A stretch of DNA of 64,000 bases from Mycolicibacterium sp. (GCF_050250295.1 NZ_JBFWOX010000012.1); one strand, 5' to 3'. Counted from the first letter of the stretch, positions 55,881 to 64,000 are shown. Notes: a model not told the origin generated them from the letters alone. Made by a program: numbers and translations.

Positions 55881-57377
55881 TCAGGGCGTGATGACGGTGC
55901 GGGCCACCGGCTCGGCGGCGGCCTGGCGGCTGTAGAGGCCGCGTTCGAGCGCGTCGAGCAGCACGTCGCGGGTCTCCTGGGGGTGGATCAGGTCGTCGAA
56001 GCCGAGATGGCCGGCCGACCGGAACGACGCGTCGACCTCGGCCTGGCGCAGCTTGGTCTCCACGTCCTCGGGGGCGTGCGACGCCTTGCTCAGCGCCGCG
56101 GCGCTCATCGCGCCCATCGTCGCGCCCGGGTACGCGAACGTCGCGCTCTGGTTGTCGAATCCCAACAGCGACATCACCATCGACCCGAACCCGTACGCCT
56201 TGCGCAGCGTCACATGCAGCTTGATCGTCGTCGCTGCGGTCTGCGCGGCGAACATCCGAGCACCACTGCGCAGCACGCCGGTGCGCTCCGAACGGCTGCC
56301 GGGCAGCATCCCCGGGTTGTCGGCGAGGAAGACGATCGGCACGTGGAACGCGTCGGCGACCGTGATGAAATGCGCTGCCTTGTCGGCGGCGTCGGCGTCG
56401 ATGGAGCCGGCCAGTACCTTGGGCTGGTTGGCCACCACCGCGACCGGATGCCCGCCCAGGCGCGCCAGCGCGGTGATCATCGCCGGCCCGAACGTCGGCT
56501 GCACCTCGAACCAGTCGGTGTCGTCGAAGACGATGTCGAGCACCTTGCGCATGTCGTACACGCGGCGGTTTCCGCGCGGCACGATGTCCAGCAGCTCCGG
56601 GGTCGGCCGAGGCGCCGCCGCGTCGTCGGCCGGCCGGTCCGGCGGATACGACCAGGCGCTGGACGGGAAGTACGACAGATAGCGCCGGATGTCGCCGAGC
56701 GCCGCGGCATCGTCCTGGCCCAGGTTGTGGATGACCCCGCTGGCCAGCGCCACCGCCGGCCCGCCCAGGTCCTCTTTCGAAATCTCCTCGCCCGTGGACT
56801 CTTTGACCACCGGCGGGCCGGCGGTGAAGATCGCCCCCTGGGTCGTCATAATGGTCCAGTCGCAGACCGGCGCCACCAGGGCGCCGTGCCCGGCCGACGG
56901 GCCGAACAGCCCGCCCACCATGGGCACCTTGCCCGAGCACCGCGCCTGGGCCAGCAGGTCGGTCGGGGTGCGGCCGTAATGCTCACCGCTGGGCCGGAAT
57001 CCGGCACCCTCCAGCAGCATCACCAACGGCACCCGGTCCCGCAGCGCCAACTCGGCGAGCCGGTAGCGCTTGGCATTGCCGCCCGGGCCGATGCTGCCCG
57101 CCAGCGTGGTGAAGTCCTCGGCGCCGACGAGCACCGGCCTGCCGTCGATCACGCCGGAGCCCGCCACGATGCCGTCGGCGGCGATGTCACCGCCGACCAG
57201 GGTGCCGAACTCGCGGAACGACCCCTTGTCCAAAAGGTGCTCGATGCGGCCGCGGGCGTCGAGCTTGCCGGCGGCGCGGTGCCGGGCGAGGCGGTCTTGC
57301 CCGCCCATGGCGCGGGACACCGCACGCCGGCGCGCCAACTCGTCGAGGGTGTCCCGCCAATCGTCGGTCCCGGCCAT
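55881..57377 (-). CDS. Acyl-CoA carboxylase carboxyltransferase (beta) subunit, AccD-like
   Basis: ATG 57377 follows AGGAG. Motifs GKLDARGRIEHLLDKGSF, GAEDFTTLAGSIG, PIVFLADNPGMLPG. Confidence 0.85.
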   Translation of the reverse strand: MAGTDDWRDTLDELARRRAVSRAMGGQDRLARHRAAGKLDARGRIEHLLDKGSFREFGTLVGGDIAADGIVAGSGVIDGRPVLVGAEDFTTLAGSIGPGGNAKRYRLAELALRDRVPLVMLLEGAGFRPSGEHYGRTPTDLLAQARCSGKVPMVGGLFGPSAGHGALVAPVCDWTIMTTQGAIFTAGPPVVKESTGEEISKEDLGGPAVALASGVIHNLGQDDAAALGDIRRYLSYFPSSAWSYPPDRPADDAAAPRPTPELLDIVPRGNRRVYDMRKVLDIVFDDTDWFEVQPTFGPAMITALARLGGHPVAVVANQPKVLAGSIDADAADKAAHFITVADAFHVPIVFLADNPGMLPGSRSERTGVLRSGARMFAAQTAATTIKLHVTLRKAYGFGSMVMSLLGFDNQSATFAYPGATMGAMSAAALSKASHAPEDVETKLRQAEVDASFRSAGHLGFDDLIHPQETRDVLLDALERGLYSRQAAAEPVARTVITP

Positions 57378-57441
57378 GCGCAGACTCCTGTCCTCTCGCG
57401 ACGTTGACCTTACTGAATTGCTTACTGTAGCTTCGACCATC

Positions 57442-58479
57442 ATGGGTGCTGGAGGCGGCCTGAAGGTGGACGCCGGCGTCGTCAGTCAACTAACCGCAGT
57501 TCCGGGCGCCGCGAGCACGCTGGAGCGGCGCGGCTACGACGGCTGCTGGACCGCCGAGATCAACCACGACCCGTTCCTGCCGCTGACGCTGGCCGCCGAG
57601 CACACCAGCACCATCGAGCTCGGCACCAGTATCGCGGTGGCGTTCGCCCGCACCCCGATGACAGTGGCCCAGATCGGCTGGGACCTGCAGGAGTACTCGC
57701 GCGGCCGGTTCCTGCTCGGGCTCGGGTCGCAGATCAAGCCGCATGTGGAGAAGCGGTTCAGCATGCCGTGGGGCTCACCGGTGGCGCGGATGCGGGAGTT
57801 CGTGGCGGCGCTGCGGGCGATCTGGGCGTGCTGGCGCGACGGCGACCCGCTGGATTTCCGCGGCGAGTTCTACACGCACACGCTGATGACGCCGATGTTC
57901 ACCCCGTCGGCCCACCCCTACGGCGACCCCGAGATCTTCCTGGCCGCGGTCGGGGACCGGATGACCGAGATGTGCGGCGAGGTCGCCGACGGTCTACTAA
58001 CACATGCGTTCTCCACCCGGCGCTATCTCGAGGAGGTGACCCTGCCGACGCTGCGGCGCGGTCTCGAGAGGGCCGGGCGGCGGCGCGAGGACGTGCAGGT
58101 GGCCAGCCCGTTGTTCGTCGTGACCGGCCGCGGCGAACAGGAGCTGGCGGCGGCCGCGGCGGCGACGCGTAAGCAGATCGCGTTCTACGCCTCCACCCCG
58201 GCCTACCGCGGCGTGCTGGAGCTACACGGGTGGGGTGAGCTGCAGGCCGAGCTGCACCGGCTCTCCCGCCGAGGCGACTGGGACCCGATGGGCTCGCTGA
58301 TCGACGACACCATGCTCACCGAATTCGCGGTCGTCGCCGTCGTCGACGAGTTGGTGCCGCGGATCCGGAGCCGGTGCGACGGCCTGATCGACCGTGTGCT
58401 GGTGGGGTTTCTGTCATCCATCGACGAGGCGACCGTCGCGGAGGTCGTCGCACAACTGCAAGCTGGGGAGGCGCAGTGA
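57442..58479 (+). CDS. Luciferase-like monooxygenase class, probably F420-dependent oxidoreductase
   Basis: Motifs LERRGYDGCWTAEINHDPF, RFLLGLGSQ. The start is uncertain (ATG 57442 or a downstream GTG). Confidence 0.8.
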   Translation: MGAGGGLKVDAGVVSQLTAVPGAASTLERRGYDGCWTAEINHDPFLPLTLAAEHTSTIELGTSIAVAFARTPMTVAQIGWDLQEYSRGRFLLGLGSQIKPHVEKRFSMPWGSPVARMREFVAALRAIWACWRDGDPLDFRGEFYTHTLMTPMFTPSAHPYGDPEIFLAAVGDRMTEMCGEVADGLLTHAFSTRRYLEEVTLPTLRRGLERAGRRREDVQVASPLFVVTGRGEQELAAAAAATRKQIAFYASTPAYRGVLELHGWGELQAELHRLSRRGDWDPMGSLIDDTMLTEFAVVAVVDELVPRIRSRCDGLIDRVLVGFLSSIDEATVAEVVAQLQAGEAQ

Positions 58480-59714
58480 CCGTTCGCATTGCCGACGAGG
58501 CGGCCAGGGTCTTCACCGACCCCAGCGCATACGCCGACGAATACCGGCTACATGCCGCGATGACGCATCTGCGCGCCCACACCCCGGTCGCGTGGGTGGA
58601 GGTCGAGGGCTACAACCCGTTCTGGGCCATCACCAAGCACGCCGACATCATGGCCATCGAACGCGACAACACCGTCTTCACGAACTCCCCCCGGCCGGTG
58701 CTGACGACGGCCGAGGGCGACGCTCAGCACGCCACCATGGGGGTCAGCACGCTGATCCACATGGACGACCCGCAGCACCGCAAGGTCAGGGCCATCGGCG
58801 CGGACTGGTTCCGGCCAAAGGCCATGCGGGCGTTGAAAGTTCGCGTCGACGAACTGGCCGCCACGTTCGTCGACCAGATGGGTGCGCGCGGCGGCGAGTG
58901 CGACTTCGCGCAGGAAGTCGCCGTGAACTTCCCGCTGTACGTCATCATGTCGCTGCTCGGCATCCCCGAATCGGACTTCGGGCGGATGCTGACCTACACC
59001 CAGGAGCTGTTCGGCAACGACGACGCCGAACTGCAACGCGGCGCGAGCATGGAGGAGCGCGGGCTGGCGCTGTTCGACATGTTCACCTACTTCAACGAAC
59101 TGACCGCGGCCCGGCGGGCTCGGCCCACCGACGACCTGGCGTCGGCCATCGCCAACGCCCGCATCGACGGTGAACCCCTGTCCGACATCGACACGGTGTC
59201 CTACTACCTCATCGTCGCCACCGCGGGCCACGACACCACCAGCGCGACGATCTCGGGTGGGCTGCAGGCGCTGATCGAGCACCCCGACCAGCTGGCCCGC
59301 CTGCAGCAGGATCCGGACCTGCTGCCGCTTGCGGTCGAGGAGATGATCCGGTGGGTCACGCCGGTCAAGGAGTTCATGCGAACGGCCCAGCGCGACACCG
59401 TGGTTCGCGGGGTGGAGATCGCGGCGGGGGAGTCGGTGCTGCTGTCCTACCCGTCGGGTAACCGCGACGAGGACGTGTTCAGCGACCCCTTCCGGTTCGA
59501 CGTCGGGCGTGACCCCAACAAGCACATCGCGTTCGGGCACGGGGTGCACTTCTGTCTGGGTGCGGCGCTGGCGCGCATGGAGATCCACAGCTTCTTCGCC
59601 GCGCTGCTGCCTCGGCTGACCGCAGTGGAGCTGGCCGGGCCGCCCGAGCACGTGGCGACGGTGTTCGTCGGCGGGCTCAAACACCTCCCGATCCGCTACA
59701 CCCTGACCGACTGA
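58476..59714 (+). CDS. Cytochrome P450
   Basis: GTGA overlap with the LLM stop. Motifs VATAGHDTTS, EEMIRW, and heme loop FGHGVHFCLGAALAR. Confidence 0.9.
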   Translation: MTVRIADEAARVFTDPSAYADEYRLHAAMTHLRAHTPVAWVEVEGYNPFWAITKHADIMAIERDNTVFTNSPRPVLTTAEGDAQHATMGVSTLIHMDDPQHRKVRAIGADWFRPKAMRALKVRVDELAATFVDQMGARGGECDFAQEVAVNFPLYVIMSLLGIPESDFGRMLTYTQELFGNDDAELQRGASMEERGLALFDMFTYFNELTAARRARPTDDLASAIANARIDGEPLSDIDTVSYYLIVATAGHDTTSATISGGLQALIEHPDQLARLQQDPDLLPLAVEEMIRWVTPVKEFMRTAQRDTVVRGVEIAAGESVLLSYPSGNRDEDVFSDPFRFDVGRDPNKHIAFGHGVHFCLGAALARMEIHSFFAALLPRLTAVELAGPPEHVATVFVGGLKHLPIRYTLTD

Positions 59715-59789
59715 CGCGGCCACCCCGCACGCGCCACGCGCGACCCACTCGCTCGCGCCACGCGCGCCCACTCGCTCGCGCCCACCTCG

Positions 59790-59852
59790 CGCCGAAATTG
59801 CATTCCAGCAGGGCCTCACTCGAACTTTCGCTGCTGGAATGCAATTTCGGCG
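59790..59852 (+). repeat. 63-bp REP-like palindromic element, copy 4
   Basis: Same arms as copy 1. Loop GGCCTCACTCGAACTTTCG. Preceded by a 23/24-bp tandem duplication at 59731-59777. Confidence 0.95.
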
Positions 59853-59907
59853 GGGAAGTGCCGGCTGTCGGGGGTGGCGGCCGCCTCGGCGGGCTCGCGG
59901 GTGCCGG

Positions 59908-61215
59908 CTAGCTTCCGGAGTTGCCGCGGGCGGCGGCGTGCAGCGCGTCGAAATGACCTGCGCCCCCGCCACGCTCACCTTCCTGGTGGTGTGACAGCGC
60001 CCGGATGGAGACGTCGTGGCCTTCGGCGGCCTTGCGCAGCGCGCCGACGGTGGCCTGGTCCTTGGGGATGTGGGTGAACGGATCCCAGTGATACCAGCGC
60101 ATGGCGTTCTGGTAGGTCATCTTGTCGATCTCGTCGTCGGGTACGTCGTTGGCGTCGAGCACCTCGCCGAGTTGCTCGGGCGCGCCCGGCCACATCGAGT
60201 CGCTGTGCGGGTAGTCGGCCTCCCAGCAGATGTTGTCCACCCCGATCTGATTGCGCAGCGCGACCCCGACGGGATCGGAGATGAAGCAGGTCAAGAAGTG
60301 CTCCCGGAACACCTCGCTGGGCAGCTTGGGCCCGAAGTCCTGCCCGGTCCAGGTCGAGTGCATCTCATAGGTGCGGTCCACCCGTTCCAGGAAGTACGGG
60401 ATCCAGCCGGTGCCCCCCTCGGACAGCGCGATCTTGAGCGACGGGTACTCCTTGATCGGCCGCGACCACAACAGGTCCGCCGCGGCCTGCACGATGTTCA
60501 TCGGCTGCAGCGTGATCATCACGTCCATCGGGGCATCCGGTGCGGTGATGGCCAGCCGCCCCGACGAGCCGATGTGCACGTTGAGCACCGTGTCGGTGTC
60601 GACCAACGCGTCCCACATCGGCTTCCAGTGGTCGAAGTCGTGGAAGCTCGGATAGCCCATCGCCGCCGGGTTCTCGGTGAACGTCAGCGAGTGCACACCG
60701 CGCTCGGCGTTGCGGCGGATCTCCTTGGCACACTCGACCGGATCCCAGATCACCGGCAGCGTCATCGGGATGAACCGCCCCGGATAGGCGCCGCACCATT
60801 CCTCGACGTGCCAGTCGTTGTACGCCTTCACCAGCGCCAGCGAGAACTCCGGATCCTCGGTGGCGAACAGCCGCCCGGCAAAGCCCGGGAACGACGGAAA
60901 ACACATCGAGCCCAGGATCCCGCCGGCGTTCATGTCCTTGACCCGCTCATCGACCCGCCAGCAGCCCGGCCGGATCTCGTCGAGCCCCTGCGGCTCGAGC
61001 CCGTACTCCTGCTTCGGCCGGCCCGCCACGGCGTTGAGCGCCACATTCGGGATCACCACATCCCGGAACTGCCAGGTATCCGAACCGTCCGGGTTGTGCA
61101 CCAGCCGCGGCGCCTCACCGAGGTACTTCTGCGGCAGATGATTGGCGAACATGTCCGGCGGCTCCACGATGTGGTCGTCCACGCTGATCAGGATCATATC
61201 GTCCTTGTGCACCAC
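59908..61215 (-). CDS. Amidohydrolase_2 family protein
   Basis: Motifs ISVDDHIVEPPD, WEADYPHSDS. Start is GTG 61215, or the ATG six codons downstream. Confidence 0.75.
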   Translation of the reverse strand: MVHKDDMILISVDDHIVEPPDMFANHLPQKYLGEAPRLVHNPDGSDTWQFRDVVIPNVALNAVAGRPKQEYGLEPQGLDEIRPGCWRVDERVKDMNAGGILGSMCFPSFPGFAGRLFATEDPEFSLALVKAYNDWHVEEWCGAYPGRFIPMTLPVIWDPVECAKEIRRNAERGVHSLTFTENPAAMGYPSFHDFDHWKPMWDALVDTDTVLNVHIGSSGRLAITAPDAPMDVMITLQPMNIVQAAADLLWSRPIKEYPSLKIALSEGGTGWIPYFLERVDRTYEMHSTWTGQDFGPKLPSEVFREHFLTCFISDPVGVALRNQIGVDNICWEADYPHSDSMWPGAPEQLGEVLDANDVPDDEIDKMTYQNAMRWYHWDPFTHIPKDQATVGALRKAAEGHDVSIRALSHHQEGERGGGAGHFDALHAAARGNSGS

Positions 61216-61295
61216 GACGTTCCGTTCTGTGCGCCCTTACCGTAGGGACGACAGTTTAGCCCGGCGCGGGTGGCCGCCTCAATGGATCCCCGATC

Positions 61296-62675
61296 TCAGG
61301 GGCCCAGTTCGACCAGGGTGTCGAGCGACTGGTCCTTGGTCTCACGCATCACCAGGATCGCGACGAACGTCAGCGCCGCCGCGATGAACAGGTACAGACC
61401 GACCCACGAGACGCCGTAGGACGCGGCGAGCCAGGTCGCGATGAACGGGGCCACGGCAGCGCCGAGGATGCTCGACACGTTGTAGGAGATGCCGGATCCG
61501 GTGTAGCGCACGTTGGTCGGGAACATCTCGGGGAGCACAGCGCTCATCGGCGCGAACGTGAACCCCATCAAGGTCATGCCGATGATCAGGAACACCAGCA
61601 TGGTGCCGAACGAGGTGTCGGCCGACCCCAGCATCGGGGCGAACAGCGCGCCGTAGGCCATGATCCCTGCCGTGACGATCAGCAGCAGCCGGCGTCGGCC
61701 GATCCGGTCGGCCAGATAACCCGACACGGGCAGCGCCCCGGCGAAGAACAGCACCGCGATCAACTGCATCTGCAGGAAGTCGACGTACGGGAACCCGAGC
61801 CCGGTGCCCTCCGGCGGCTTCTTGCCGGTGCCGAAGCTCAGCACCCACGTGGTGACGATGTAGAACAGCGTGTAGGTCGCCAGCATCACGAAAGTGCCGA
61901 TGATGAGCTGCCGCCAGCTGCTCCGGAAGACCTCGGCCAGCGGCGCTTTCACCTTCTCACCCCGCTCGACCGCACGCGTGAAGACCGGGGTCTCCAGGAT
62001 GCGCAGCCGCACGTACAGGCCGATGACCACCATCACCGCGCTCAGCAGGAACGGCACCCGCCAGCCCCACGTCAGGAACGTGCCGTCCAGGTCGGGGCTG
62101 ACATTGCTGTGGCCGAGCATCAGGATCAACGTGATGAACAGGCCGTTGGCCAGCAGGAAGCCGAACGGCGCGCCGAGCTGCGGCCACATCGCCGCCCAGC
62201 CCCGCTTACCGGGTTTCGCGGTCTCGGTGGCCAGCAGCGCCGCCCCGCTCCACTCCCCGCCCAGCGCCAGGCCCTGGGAGAACCGCATCAGCGCGAGCAG
62301 GGCCGGGGCGACGAGGCCGACCTGTGAGTATGTCGGCAGCAGGCCGATCGCGAACGTCGCGATCCCCATCAGCAGCAGCGAGGCCACCAGCGTCGTCTTG
62401 CGGCCGGCACGATCACCGAAGTGGCCGAACAGGATCGAGCCCAGCGGGCGTGCCACGAACGCCAGGCCGAACGTCGCCAGCGACGCCAGCAGCGCGGTGG
62501 TGGCGTCGCCCTTGGGGAAGAACAGGTGCGGGAACACCGACACCGCCGCGGTCGCGTAGATGTAGAAGTCGTAGAACTCGATCGTCGTCCCGACCATCGA
62601 CGCGACCACGATCCGTCGGCGCGGAACGCCGTCGACGAGATCGTGGTCGGTGACCGCGTTGCTCATAGCTGACAC
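61296..62675 (-). CDS. MFS transporter, metabolite:H+ symporter (MHS) type
   Basis: 459 aa with about 12 hydrophobic segments. Motifs GHFGDRAGRK and QGLALGGEWSGA are typical of the MHS family. Confidence 0.85.
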   Translation of the reverse strand: MSAMSNAVTDHDLVDGVPRRRIVVASMVGTTIEFYDFYIYATAAVSVFPHLFFPKGDATTALLASLATFGLAFVARPLGSILFGHFGDRAGRKTTLVASLLLMGIATFAIGLLPTYSQVGLVAPALLALMRFSQGLALGGEWSGAALLATETAKPGKRGWAAMWPQLGAPFGFLLANGLFITLILMLGHSNVSPDLDGTFLTWGWRVPFLLSAVMVVIGLYVRLRILETPVFTRAVERGEKVKAPLAEVFRSSWRQLIIGTFVMLATYTLFYIVTTWVLSFGTGKKPPEGTGLGFPYVDFLQMQLIAVLFFAGALPVSGYLADRIGRRRLLLIVTAGIMAYGALFAPMLGSADTSFGTMLVFLIIGMTLMGFTFAPMSAVLPEMFPTNVRYTGSGISYNVSSILGAAVAPFIATWLAASYGVSWVGLYLFIAAALTFVAILVMRETKDQSLDTLVELGP

Positions 62676-62758
62676 CCCCGTTCGGCAGGGACATCATGCC
62701 AGCCGGCGATCTTGTTGCGCCGGTGGTACACGCAGACGCGCCGGGAACGAGCGCCGAT

Positions 62759-62962
62759 TCAGCAGCAGCGGGCCCCCGGGTCGGCGTCGGCCTGCGCGTG
62801 CCGGTGCCGCCAGTATTCGCGTTCCGACATCGGCGCGCGGTCGGCGTGCACTCGGGCGTGGTGCTCGAGGTAGCGCTGATAGTGGTTGTCGCCCATCAGG
62901 GATTTCCAGTACCAACCGATGTGGCCGAGGACCCGGCGTGTGCTGTCGCTCGCCCATCCCAC
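62759..62962 (-). CDS. YbdD/YjiX (DUF466) family small protein, CstA-associated
   Basis: 67 aa ending GARCC. WYWKSLMGDNHYQRYLEHH...MSEREYW fits the family as I remember it. Lies immediately downstream of cstA. Confidence 0.65.
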   Translation of the reverse strand: MGWASDSTRRVLGHIGWYWKSLMGDNHYQRYLEHHARVHADRAPMSEREYWRHRHAQADADPGARCC

Positions 62963-64000
62963 TGCTTGCTCACCTCTTTCTCGGCCGAGGTCAGGAACAT
63001 GCCCGACGGGGCGAACATGCGTGAGGGCACCGGAACGTCCTCGGACAGCGGGCTGCCCCGCCCGCGGATGACCCGCAGCGCCATCACCACCCCCGCGGCG
63101 AAGACGACGATCACCAGCACGGCGAACACGATCGACAACGTGCCCTGGATGAAGGTGTTGCGGATGACCGCGTCGAGCTGCCCGGCGTCCTTGGCCGCGC
63201 CGAAGCTGGTCTGCCCGGCATCGCGGGCGTTGCGGTACTGGAAGTGCTGGGTCCAGTAGCCGACCTTGGGATCACCGGAGAAGATCTTCTGCCAGGACGC
63301 CGTCATCGTCACGATCAGGTCCCACAGCAACGGAACACCGGGTATCCACGCCCACTTCAGCAGCCGGCGTTTGATGACGACCACCGTGACGACGGTCAGC
63401 GCGATCGCGGCGAGCAGCTGGTTGGCGATGCCGAACAGCGGGAACAGCGTGTTGATGCCGCCGAGCGGATCGGTGACGCCCATCAGCAGGATCGACCCCC
63501 ACGCCGCGACGACGATCACGCTGCAGATCCATGCTCCGATGCGCCAGCTCGGGTTGCGCAGTTTCTTCAGCGGCCCACCCAGGTTGCCCAGCCCGTCGGA
63601 GAGCATGAAGCGCGCCACCCGGGTGCCGGCGTCGACCGTCGTCAGGATGAACAGCGCTTCGAACATGATCGCGAAGTGGTACCAGAACGCCTTCAGCGTC
63701 TCGCCGCCGAAGACCTTGTGCAGCACCTCCGACATCCCGAAGGCCAGTGTCGGCGCGCCACCGGTACGCGACACGATGGAGTTCTCGCCGACACTGCGGG
63801 CGGCGTCGTCGATCTCCTGCGCGGTGATCGGCGCCCCGGACAGCCCGAGGCCGTTGACGTAGTCGGCCGCGCTCTGGGCGGTGGTACCTGTCGAGGCGGC
63901 CGGGGCGTTCATCGTGAAGTACAGGTGCTGGTTCAGGATCGCGGCGGTGATCAGCGCCATGATGGCGACGAACGACTCGGTGAGCATGCCGCCGTAGCCG
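62896..64000 (-). CDS. cstA: Carbon starvation protein A (CstA) peptide/pyruvate transporter family; 5' end outside window
   Basis: Highly hydrophobic translation (TESFVAIMALITAA, FPLFGIANQLLAAIAL) typical of the CstA C-terminal half. The frame is still open at position 64000. Confidence 0.8.
   Translation of the reverse strand, partial: GYGGMLTESFVAIMALITAAILNQHLYFTMNAPAASTGTTAQSAADYVNGLGLSGAPITAQEIDDAARSVGENSIVSRTGGAPTLAFGMSEVLHKVFGGETLKAFWYHFAIMFEALFILTTVDAGTRVARFMLSDGLGNLGGPLKKLRNPSWRIGAWICSVIVVAAWGSILLMGVTDPLGGINTLFPLFGIANQLLAAIALTVVTVVVIKRRLLKWAWIPGVPLLWDLIVTMTASWQKIFSGDPKVGYWTQHFQYRNARDAGQTSFGAAKDAGQLDAVIRNTFIQGTLSIVFAVLVIVVFAAGVVMALRVIRGRGSPLSEDVPVPSRMFAPSGMFLTSAEKEVSKQWDGRATAHAGSSATSVGTGNP

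Noticed and set aside
30180-59852. Possibility that the four identical repeats form a CRISPR array.
   Set aside because: The copies are 5-15 kb apart with genes in between. Each is internally palindromic with a conserved loop. There are no cas genes. This is a REP/MITE-like element, not CRISPR.
62759-62767. A possible selenocysteine (UGA recoding) at the C-terminal CC motif of the ybdD-like protein.
   Set aside because: Both residues are encoded by TGC, followed by an ordinary TGA stop. No in-frame internal UGA or SECIS-like hairpin was seen.

Overview
Visibly high-GC actinobacterial DNA, Mycobacteriaceae-like in gene content and start-codon usage (my judgement; GC not computed). It is densely packed with about 57 intact protein genes plus 3 decayed genes. 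I saw no rRNA, tRNA, CRISPR array, transposase, integrase or prophage genes. Layout: (i) 1-13.5 kb is a second-messenger and stress neighbourhood: class III cyclase-ATPase, orphan sulfate-binding lipoprotein, PAS-GGDEF, tandem USP, SRPBCC protein, an ACAD pair, GAF-GGDEF-EAL, and a LuxI/GNAT-like protein. (ii) 14-61 kb is a very dense acyl-CoA catabolic supercluster. Together with the 7-9.5 kb pair the window holds 6 acyl-CoA dehydrogenases, including two abutting pairs that deviate at the canonical catalytic Glu. The supercluster also holds 6 crotonases, 3 thiolases (one SCP2/Ltp type), 3 acyl-CoA ligases, 2 family III CoA-transferases, 3 SDRs, 3 amidohydrolase_2 proteins, 2 P450s, 2 aldehyde dehydrogenases, 2 luciferase-like (F420-type) oxidoreductases, a Rieske oxygenase, a lone carboxyltransferase, a molybdopterin oxidoreductase, and 2 GntR plus 1 TetR regulators. 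The substrate is unknown. (iii) 61-64 kb carries an MFS transporter, a ybdD-like gene and cstA. The most interesting non-genic signals are three. First, an AT-rich palindrome ATACTGTAA-N3-TTACAGTAT recurs in at least 4 strong and 4 weaker promoter-region sites across the catabolic cluster, which suggests a regulon. Second, four copies of a 63-bp perfect-stem REP-like element occur only at convergent gene junctions. Third, the gene-decay lesions (FMO, hydrolase, BVMO) and a Cys-to-Tyr change at a Rieske cluster ligand. No recognisable defence, toxin-antitoxin or biosynthetic system was found. The candidate novel system I would follow up is the LuxI/GNAT-like gene directly upstream of the GAF-GGDEF-EAL gene. 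All functional calls come from reading translated motifs by eye; no database search was possible.
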